This document shows positions 1 through 10,810 of a stretch of DNA of 23,156 nt, in pieces. This DNA is from Piromyces finnis finn. Taxonomy: Eukaryota > Fungi > Neocallimastigomycota. The stretch spans positions 1 to 23,156 of the forward strand of contig MCFH01000155.1 in NCBI GenBank assembly GCA_002104945.1, written 5' to 3'. The position numbers and the translations under genes are program-made. The notes under the pieces were generated by a model, which ran no database searches, was not told the DNA's origin, and saw only the letters and a list, made by a program, of their open reading frames with translations. Position 1 is the stretch's first letter, and the number at the start of each line of letters is the position of its first letter.

Positions 1-1745
1 TTGTATTTGCATTATTATGCAAACTATTATATATGTCATTATCATCACCATTAGAATCAAAATGTATACGATCTAAATTATTTTCTTTTTCTACAAAAGT
101 TTTTAAACAATTTTCCTTGTTTATTTTCTACAGGATCATCATTAATTTTTTTTATATTTTTAATATTATTTTGATTATAAAAGTATTGTATGAATTTTTC
201 TCTACTAATGATATATTCCTTAAACGCTTCATTGACTTGTTTTCCTATCTTTAATTTATTATGTAGATCATTGTTCTCAAGTTTTCTTTTTGGAAAAATC
301 TTCATTTTTACAATTAATCTATGAACTTTATTTCTAAAACGAACAGGAATAAGAACTAGAATTATTCCAAACAAAAAACTTAATTTTTTTACATTTGAAT
401 CAAAAGATCCAAAAAAAAAAGAAGCGATTGAAATTCCTACAAACATTTTAATTAAATGATCTAATACATAATTAATATAATTAGTATTAAATTTAAGCTT
501 ATTTGTATTACAGTATACTATTCTAAGATAACTTGTTTGATTATAAATACGATCTTTAATATCTACAAAAGATGGTGCATTATAATAGTATTCGTCTAGT
601 CTTTTAAAAAACTTTAAATATAAAATACCACGTGAAAAAAAATTTAAACTCAATATCGTAATGGCACCACCACCAACAAACATTAGGCAAACAATTTCGG
701 TGATCTTCCAATAACCAAAAATATACTAATTAATAGGAATGGAAGATGTAGTATAAATATAAATATTACAAATACTGTCATATTAACTTTCTCATACCAG
801 TCCTTTGGGTGTTTTTATATCTATCAGGAAGAGTCATGTAGGTAAGTTTTTGACTTATGAAATAACCTAGTACTCTTTTAATAAAAATATCATTCATGGA
901 TGAACCAAATTTACTATTTATTATCGTACGAATTAATCTTAAATATGTTCTCCAAATTGATCTATTAATTTTGTATAAGGAATCAAAATAATACATAAAA
1001 AATAACATTTGTACAAATGAATTTATTTTATCAATTTGAACACAAACATAACCAACATGATTGTAATACATAGCAAAATTACAGTTAATAATATAATACC
1101 AGCTGTTGCAAATACGCCTATCAATATTTTAGGATTCCAATAATTATATTATATTATGCAATCGTACATCTGGACCACGAGGACCATTTATCACATCATC
1201 AAAAATACTGGGGTATAAAATAATTTTGAATATCCTCTTTGATAAATTGATCTCTTGAATTATATTTACTATTAAATTTTATTGAATCGGATTCACTATC
1301 TTCTGAATTATTTTTACGAAAATGGTCTATTTTATCACCATCAAAATTATTATTATTATTATATTATCAAATGTATCATTGGTATTCAAAGCATGGCTTC
1401 CTTTTTCAATTTTAATATTATCATTAGATAAAGTTTCATTATTAAACTTTAAATTTTTTGTCATTTGTAATATCATTTTCGTTTATAGTTTCTTTATTTT
1501 CTTCATTTCCCTCTCTTCAAGTATAAAGTTACTCTTATTCCAAAGTTATATTCTTTTTATAAATCATATCTTCATTTCTATTATGTCATTCCTATTATCT
1601 TTACTCCATTTATATATTTTGCGTCTTCTTTTATATATAAGTATCAATTTCATTCTCATTCTCTAGTGTATTTATTTTCATAATCCTATCGTCCTTGTAC
1701 TCTTTTCAGTTATTAATGGCACTTGTTGTTGCTATTCATATTCAT
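1..1745 (-). CDS. Inverted copy of the 5' part of the multi-TM class-3 lipase gene (partial, cut by the window edge; contains frameshifts)
   Basis: Reverse complement of 10811-12555. The ATG corresponds to cat at 1743-1745. It includes the 201-aa ORF 78..683 (MFVGGGAITILSLNFF...), which is frameshifted in the right-arm copy. Confidence 0.8.
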
Positions 1746-1946
1746 ACTTTATCGTTGAGATAAATTTACAACATCACTTTCGGCGGTAAATATTTTTATA
1801 AATTTTAATAAATACTAAAACTTTTTTAATAAAAAAAAGAAAGAAAGAGATAATTAATAAAAATGAAAATTGTTTCTTTATATATTTATTGGCTAAAATA
1901 TTAAAGTTTTATGAATTTCTTATCTTTTTCTGTTTTTATTTATTTA

Positions 1947-1970
1947 TTTGTTTGTTTGTTTGTTTGTTTG
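1947..1970. repeat. (TTTG)6 microsatellite
   Basis: Read directly; preceded by TTTA units. Mirrored as (CAAA)6 at 10582-10605. Confidence 0.9.
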
Positions 1971-2719
1971 TTTATTATATTTATTTATTATATTTTAAAT
2001 ATACTTTTATATTATTGTAATAGAAATATTTAAAAATAGTTGTATTGTACCTTAGAATAGTAATAATTATAGAGTAGCCTTTTTTTTATTTATTTTATTT
2101 TAATTCTCTTTCCAGCTTTTGTATCTTTTATAGTAGTAGGAATTATAGAATATATAAAATGTCTTTTATATCCATAGGAGGAGAATGAACATTCTTCCAC
2201 CCACAAAAACTATGTAAATACGGAAGATCCAATTAGAATGATGATTTAATATAAAAAATGAAAAATCTGTGGTGGATTACTATGATTTAATATATTGACA
2301 TAATATTATCATTTTATATTTATTAAAGTTTAATTCCATGCTAAATTTATTATTTTATATTAAAAAAATGGTTATCTACAAACTCTAAAAGATAAAATAG
2401 GAATTAATAATAAAATGATGAATTGAGTTTTATTCATTCCTCTTTCAAATAATAAAGCAAAAAAAGTATAATTTGCAATGTTCAATAATCTTTATTTCTT
2501 TCTTACTATTTTAATATTAATTCATTAATGTCAAAATTATTATTTAGTTCATTTAATTCAATCTTTACAGATTTTCTTTTCTTTTTTTTCTTTTCTTTTT
2601 TTTTTTTTCACCAATCAATATCAAAATTTAATTTTATTCCATGTAATGTTTTAATGTACGTAAAATTATTTATATATACAAATAATAAAGACTTTTTTTT
2701 TATTATATAGAATTTTTAA

Positions 2720-2751
2720 AATAGACAAATTTCTTTTAGAATTTGTCTATT
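2720..2751. repeat. Short near-perfect hairpin (14-15 bp stem, 3-nt loop)
   Basis: aatagacaaatttct-ttt-agaatttgtctatt; mirrored at 9807-9840. Confidence 0.8.
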
Positions 2752-4060
2752 CTTTAGTAAATAGTAATTATTATTCCTTCTTATTTTTTAATATTTCAAT
2801 AGTAAAATTATTTTTTAATTATTTTATTATAACACTTTTATTACAAGGCAAGAGAAAAATTTACTTTTTTCTAAACAACTACAAATAATGAATAAATTTG
2901 AAAAATTTTGAATGTAACCATTTAATATGTATTAATTTAAATTAATATATGAGCCAATTAATTCATTTTTCCAATTAAATTAATATTTCACAAATCAAAG
3001 AAATTCTCCTCCCAAAAAAAAGAGTTTAACTCTCAATAAAATCTTTAAGATATTTTCAATATTATAATATTAAGAAAGTGACTTAATATTTTTTGTTAAG
3101 TCAAGTATTTTCCTTTTTAGTTTTTGATGCATTGAGGGTAATTGAACAGAATCTTTTGAATCCATATGGATAATAGTTTTTATCTCTTTACTAGAGGTTT
3201 TGGAGGTATCGCTGTTATCCAATTAACTTCAAGTTCAAATGACAAAACAGCATAGTAGTTATTAGAAAGAATGAAAAAATATTTAGTTTTTCATATATAG
3301 CATGACTATTTAAGATCTTTCTAGATCTTTAAAATCACCTTTTTTTTTAGCAAGAAAGAGAATACTTCTTACTTGTATTTAATTTATTAAATTTTCATTA
3401 AATTAAGTAATAATACGAATTGATAATTAATGGATAATATTAATATAATTATATATATAAATAAAATTATAAATATAAAAAGATAAAATATAAAAAATTA
3501 TTCTGGTTGCATAATAGTTTGATGAATTATTGCAAATAAGTAATTGATTGATTTTTATTCCATAAACTTCCGATATATTTGCTTTCTTCTAATGTTCTTT
3601 GTTTTGTTCCTAACATCCACTATTAATTTTGTAGAGAGATGAATTCATTTTAATTTATACATTTAATTAGAATCAGTTAAATTTATAAATTAATAAAAAT
3701 TATTAGTTTTTTCTTATCTGACACTGACATGAAAGTAAAGACAATTATTACCATAGCATTCTTTTAAATAGTCACAATGACATTTTATAATACTATTAAT
3801 ATTTATGATATCCTTTTAATACTCTTTAAATATTCTTCCAATTTGTTTTTTATTTAAATATTATTTTTTACATTACTCATAGTTTTAGTATATAAAATGA
3901 TTAAATTCTTAATTTATTTAATTATAAAATTGAAAAAAATGACCACTTTTTAAATTTTCATATTATTGATGTATTTTTCTTTATTTTTGATTTTTAATAA
4001 AAAAAAACGAATCTATTAGAATTATCAGTCGTTATTTATCATTTATATTTATTATTTATA

Positions 4061-5235
4061 TTATATATTAAAAAGCGCTTTAAAAAGATTTTTATTATTA
4101 CTTTTAATATTTAAATCTGTTCCTTTTTCATTTAATATTTAACTATCTACATAATGTATTGGTGTATGTCCATAGTCATCTTGAATATTAATATTTATTT
4201 TTTCATTTTTAATTAAATGTTTTACTCTTGTTTCATTTCCTTTATCACATGCATAATGTAATAATGTCCAACCTCATTATTTTGTTTATATATAGTTATA
4301 TTATTCTTTTCAGTAGAATTACTATATTTATATTTTTTAACAAATAAATAATTGGTATTACTTCTGAAGATTCAATATTATCGTTTATTTTCATTTCTAT
4401 GATAGCTTTACATAAAAATTATAAAATTTCATTTTCTTTATTTAAATAGTTTCCAATGTTTTACTACCTTTTTTCTATTGCTAAATCCAAAGGTGTTTTT
4501 CCATTATCATCTTGAATATATATATTTCACTATCAATTAAATATTTTGCTATATCATAATTTTCATCATCAATACGTGCAAAATGAAGTAGAATTTGTCC
4601 ATTATTATCTTTAACATTTAAATTTTGTACCATTAAAAATTAAATAATTCATTAAATTTTTATTTTTTATTAAATATGTATATTGTAGTGGAGTAAATCC
4701 ATTTTTATTACTAATATTTGTATATGCATTATTTGAAATTAAATACTTTGTAATATTTCATTGTTCTTTTTACATGCAATATGTAATGGCGTATCATCTT
4801 CATATTACTTATATTTATATATACTTTATTATCAATAAATATTTTACTATATTAATATTTTCAATTTTACAAGCAATGTGCAATGGATTATCACTATCAT
4901 TATTGCTTATATTTTATAGGCCTCATTATTAATTAGATACTTCACAATATTTTCATATCCTTTTATGCAAGCATAACGAAATGGAGTCCATTTGTTATTA
5001 TCTTGTTTGTTGATATCTATACTTCTTTTTCCATTATCCATTAAATATTTAATAATTTTGACATTTTCTTTTTATGCCTTATGTCCATCCTTGTGTTTTG
5101 AATATTGATATCTCATTATTAATTAAATATTTCACAATATCTTCACTTCCTTTTTTACATGCATAATGAAAAAGAACATTTATAAAAATCAAATAATAAA
5201 ATACTTTAAAATTGTTACTGCATTTTTACATGTAT
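4061..5235 (-). pseudogene. Degenerate ankyrin-repeat gene (left-arm copy)
   Basis: Reverse complement of about 7340-8507. Translations include FHYACKKGSEDIVKYLINN, KWTPFRYACIKGYENIVKYL and GWTLLHYACDKGNETRVKHL. Confidence 0.8.
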
Positions 5236-7339
5236 TATATGTATTATATAATTTTATAACTTTATTTATATACATTTTTTAATATTATTACATTTGTAAT
5301 TAAAAGATATTTGAGATAAAACATATATAATTATTTTTCTATATATTAAATATAATAAAAAATTATTATGTAATTGTATATAAAAAAACGAAAAAGTGTC
5401 CTAGACTTTTTGATTAATTATTTTTTTGCAAGTCTTATTTAATATTTTGTTAATATTATTTATTAATAACACTAATAAAAGATAATTACAAAGTACATAA
5501 ATAGTTCATATATTTATTCTCTATTTATACTAAGAATTGTGACGTATAATTTAATACGAGAAATTCCATGACTATTTTAGTAGTATTACATAATTCTATT
5601 CTACATATTTCTAGATTTAAGTTAAATTATTAATGTTTAACTTTAAACTATTTTTAAATAGGTATAAATATATTTTAAATCAAAATTTTTTTTATAATTT
5701 ACTATTTTGTAAAATCAGGTTTAATAACAGTTATTAATTATTGATACTTTTGCATTATTTATAATTGAACTAGTATTAAAAAAACTTTACAATTAGGGTA
5801 AATACTAATAATCGAATTTGGAAATAAATGTAAGGAAATAGTTGGTCATTTTTAAATTTTATATATTCATTAAATATTAAGTTAATTTAAAATTATTTCA
5901 ATATTGGCCTTTTTCTTGCTTCCAAAATCATTTATGTATTTATTTTTTTATATACATTATCTATTAAATTAATAAACCCAAAAAGTATACTTAATTCAAG
6001 CACAACAAATATGAAAAGTCATATTAGAAATGAATATTCATTTTATTTTTATTTAACTTTATATATTTACCAAATAAATATATAAAAAGAATTATGTATA
6101 TAATATTATTAAATTTGATTTTTGGATTTTCATTTTAAAGAAATAGTTATATTTATTATTTTTTATCATTGTATAATTATTATATATTAATACCTTTAAT
6201 TATGAAATATTTGATATAACTGATATTAAATTTGTTAAAATATTCTATTTTTAAAATAAAATATTTAAGAAAAATAAAAATATTATATATAATATTTAAT
6301 ATTTTATAAATTACTTTTTATTTCGAAATATTTTATTTTAAAAATAAATAGTTTTAACAAATTTAAATAATTCAGTTATATAAAATATTTCATAATTAAA
6401 GGTATTAAATATAATTAATTAATACAATGATAAAAAAATAATAAATATAACTATTCTTTAAAATGAAAATCCAAAAATCAATTTAATAATATATATACAT
6501 AATTCTTTTTTATATATTTATTTGGTAAATATATTAAGTTAAATAAAAATAAAATGAATATTCATTTCTAAATATGACTTTCATATTTGTTGTGCTTGAA
6601 TAAGTTACTTTTTGGGTTTTTAATTTAATAGATAATGTATATAAAAAAATAAATACATAAATGATATTGGAGCAAGAAAAAGGCCAATATGAAATAATTT
6701 AAATTAACTTAATATTTAATGAATATTAAAATTAAAAATGACCAACTATTTCCTTACATTTATTCCAAATTCGATTATTAGTATTTACCCTAATTGTAAA
6801 GTTTTTTTAAATACTAGTCAATTATAAAATAATGCAAAAGTATCAATAATTAATAACTGTTATTAAACCTGATTTTACAAATAGTAAATATAAAAAAAAA
6901 TTTTGATTTAAAATATATTATACCTATTTAAAATATTAAAGTTAAACATTAATAATTTAACTTAAATCTAGAAATATGTAGAATAGAATTATGTAATACT
7001 ACAAAACTATCATGAATATTCTCGTATTAATTATACGTCACAATTCTTAGTATAAATAGAGAATAAATATGAACTATTTATGTACTTTGTAATTATCTTT
7101 ATTAGTGTTATTAATAAATAATATTAACAAAAATATTAAATAAGACTTGCAAAAAAATAATTAATCAAAAAGTCTAGGACACTTTTCGTTTTTTTATATA
7201 CAATTACATAATAAATTTTTATTATATTTAATATATAGAAAATAATTATATATGTTTTATCTCAAATATCTTTTAATACAAATGTAATAATATTAAAAAA
7301 ATGTATATAAAATAAAAGTTATAAAATTATATAATACAT

Positions 7340-8507
7340 ATAATCATGTAAAAATGCAGTAACAATTTAAAGTATTTTATATTTGATTTTATAAATTTTT
7401 TTCATTATGCATGTAAAAAAGGAAGTGAAGATATTGTGAAATATTTAATTAATAATGAGATATCAATATTCAAAAACACAAGGATGGACATAAGCATAAA
7501 AAGAAAATGTCAAAATTATTAAATATTTAATGGATAATGGAAAAAGAAGTATAGATATCACAAACAAGATAATAACAAATGGACTCCATTTCGTTATGCT
7601 TGCATAAAAGGATATGAAAATATTGTGAAGTATCTAATTAATAATGAGGCCTATAAAATATAAGCAATAATGATAGTGATAATCCATTGCACATTGCTTG
7701 TAAAATTGAAAATATTAATATAGTAAAATATTTAATTGATAATAAAGTATATATAAATATAAGTAATAATGAAGATGATACGCCATTACATATTGCATGT
7801 AAAAAGAACAATGAAAATATTACAAAGTATTTAATTTCAAATAATGCATATACAAATATTAGTAATAAAAATGGATTTACTCCACTACATATACATATTT
7901 AATAAAAATAAAAATTTAATGAATTATTAATTTTAATGGTACAAATTTAAATGTTAAAGATAATAATGGACAAATTCTACTTCATTTTGCACGTATTGAT
8001 GATGAAAATTATATATAGCAAATATTTAATTGATAGTGAAATATATATATTCAAGATGATAATGGAAAAACACCTTTGGATTTAGCAATAGAAAAAAGGT
8101 AGTAAAAACATTGAAAACTATTTAAATAAAGAAATGAAATTTTATAATTTTTATGTAAAGCTATCATAGAAATGAAAATAAACGATAATATTGAATCTTC
8201 AGAAGTAATACCAATTATTTATTTGTTAAAAAATAATAAATATAGTAATTCTACTGAAAAGAATAATATAACTATATATAAACAAAATAATGAAGGTTGG
8301 ACATTATTACATTATGCATGTGATAAAGGAAATGAAACAAGAGTAAAACATTTAATTAAAAATGAAAAAATAAATATAATATTCAAGATGACTATGGACA
8401 TACACCAATACATTATGTAGATAGTTAAATATTTAAATGAAAAAGGAACAGATTTAAATATTAAAAGTAATAATAAAAATCTTTTTAAAGCGCTTTTTAA
8501 TATATAA
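7340..8507 (+). pseudogene. Degenerate ankyrin-repeat gene (roughly 8-9 repeats; right-arm copy)
   Basis: Ankyrin consensus motifs DNPLHIACKIENINIVKYLIDN, DDTPLHIACKKNNENITKYLISN, NGKTPLDLAIEK and EGWTLLHYACDKGN. Both arms share two lesions: loss of the TPLH core near 7485-7505, and loss of ACxxG with a frameshift near 8410-8425. No clear start codon. Confidence 0.8.
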
Positions 8508-9806
8508 TATAAATAATAAATATAAATGATAAATAACGACTGATAAATTCTAATAGATTCGTTTTTTTTTATTAAAATCAAAAATAAGAAAAATACATCA
8601 ATAATATGAAAATTTAAAAAGTGTCATTTTTTTCAATTTTATAATTAAATAAATTAAGAATTTAATCATTTTATATACTAAAACTATGAGTAATGTAAAA
8701 AATAATATTTAAATAAAAACAAATTGGAAGAATATTAAAGAGTATTAAAAGGATATCATAAATATTAATAGTATTATAAAATGTCATTGTGACTATTTAA
8801 AAGAATGCTATGGTAATAATTGTCTTTACTTCATGTCAGTGTCAGATAAGAAAAAACTAATAATTTTTATTAATTTATAAAATTTAACTGATTCTAATTA
8901 AATGTATAATTATAAATGAATTCATCTCTCTACAAAATTAATAGTGGATGTTAGGAACAAAACAAAGAACATTAGAAGAAAGCAAATATATCGGAAGTTT
9001 ATGGAAAAAAATCAATCAATTACTTATTTGCAATAATTCATCAAACTATTATGCAACCAGAATAATTTTTTATATTTTATCTTTTATATTATAATTTTAT
9101 TATATATATAATTAATTAATATTATCATTAATTATCAATTCGTATTATTACTTAATTTAATGAAAATTTAATAAATTAAATACAAGTAAGAAGTATTCTC
9201 TTTCTTGCTAAAAAAAAGGTGATTTAAAAGATCTAGAAAGATCTTAAATAGTCATGCTATATATGAAAAACTAAATATTTTTCATTCTTTCTAATAACTA
9301 CTATGCTGTTTGTCATTTGAACTTGAAGTTAATTGGGATAACAGCGATACCTCCAAAACCTCTAGTAAAGAGATAAAAACTATTATCCATATGGATTCAA
9401 AAGATTCTGTTCAATTACCCTCAATGCATCAAAAACTAAAAAGGAAAATACTTGACTTAACAAAAAATATTAAGTCACTTTCTTAATATTATAATATTGA
9501 AAAATATCTTAAAGATTTTATTGAGAGTTAAACTCTTTTTTTTGGGAGGAGAATTTCTTTGATTTGTGAAATATTAATTAATTGGAAAAATGAATTAATT
9601 GGCTCATATATTAATTTAAATTAATAATATATTAAATGGTTACATTCAAATTTTTCAAATTTATTCATTATTTGTAGTTGTTTAGAAAAAAGTAAAATTT
9701 TCTCTTTGCCTTGTAATAAAAAGTGTTATAATAAATAATTAAAAAATAATTTTACTATTGAAATATTTAAAAAATAAGAAGGAATAATAATTACTATTTA
9801 CTAAAG

Positions 9807-9840
9807 AATAGACAAATTTCTAAAAGAAAATTTGTCTATT
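9807..9840. repeat. Short near-perfect hairpin (mirror of 2720-2751)
   Basis: aatagacaaatttct-aaa-agaaaatttgtctatt. Confidence 0.8.
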
Positions 9841-10581
9841 TTAAAAATTCTATATAATAAAAAAAGTCTTTATTATTTGTATATATAAATAATTTACGTA
9901 CATTAAACATTACATGGAATAAAATTAAATTTTGATATTGATTGGTGAAAAAAAAAAAAAAAGAAAAGAAAAAAAGAAAAGAAAAATCTGTAAAGATTGA
10001 ATTAAATGAACTAAAATATAATTTTGACATTAATGAATTAATATTAAAATAGTAAGAAAGAAATAAAGATTATTGAACATTGCAATTATACTTTTTTTGC
10101 TTTATTATTTGAAAGAGGAATGAATAAAACTCAATTCATCATTTTATTATTAATTCCTATTTTATCTTTTAGAGTTTGTAGATAACCATTTTTTAATATA
10201 AAATAATAAATTTAGCATGGAATAAACTTTAATAAATATAAAATGATAATATTATGTCAATATATTAAATCATAGTAATCCACCACAGATTTTCATTTTT
10301 ATATTAAATCATCATTCTAATTGGATCTTCCGTATTTACATAGTTTTTTGTGGGTGGAAGAATGTTCATTCTCCTCTATGGATATAAAAGACATTTATAT
10401 ATTCTATAATTCCTACTACTATAAAAGATACAAAAGCTGGAAAGAGAATTAAAATAAAATAAATAAAAAAAAGGCTACTCTATAATTATTACTATTCTAA
10501 GTACAATACAACTATTTTTAAATATTTCTATTACAATAAATATAAAAGTATATTTAAAATATAATAAATAAATATAATAAA

Positions 10582-10605
10582 CAAACAAACAAACAAACAA
10601 ACAAA
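10582..10605. repeat. (CAAA)6 microsatellite
   Basis: Read directly; same unit number as the left-arm copy. Confidence 0.9.
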
Positions 10606-10810
10606 TAAATAAATAAAAACAGAAAAAGATAAGAAATTCATAAAACTTTAATATTTTAGCCAATAAAATATATAAGAAACAATTTTCATTTTTTATTAAT
10701 TATCTCTTTCTTTCTTTTTTTTTATTAAAAAAAGTTTTAGTATTTATTAAAATTTATAAAAATATTTACCGCCGAAAGTGATGTTGTAAATTTATCTCAA
10801 CGATAAAAGT

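Larger units (their letters stand above)
1..6296. repeat. Left arm of giant inverted repeat (pairs with 6298-12555); outer end not visible, runs off the window start
   Basis: The reverse complement of base 1 onward (ttgtatttgcattattatgcaaac...) matches the sequence ending at 12555 (...gtttgcataataatgcaaatacaa). At every point spot-checked the match is collinear up to about 6266, then imperfect to about 6296. Confidence 0.97.

Noticed and set aside
2160-2300. GC-richer island with ATGATGA as a C/D-box snoRNA (mirror about 10260-10395)
   Set aside because: No suitably placed CTGA D box or terminal stem was found, and the translations have stops and no recognisable motif.
33-2710. Plus-strand ORFs 33..254, 1322..1666 and 2528..2710 and their mirrors (for example 10475..10663, 10792..10977, 11092..11280 and 12236..12643 on the minus strand)
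   Set aside because: They are antisense shadows of the lipase gene or F/I/L-rich low-complexity frames typical of AT-rich DNA.
5793-5798. TTAGGG near the palindrome centre (mirror CCCTAA at 6788-6793) as a telomere
   Set aside because: It is a single unit, about 500 bp from the apex, with no tandem array.
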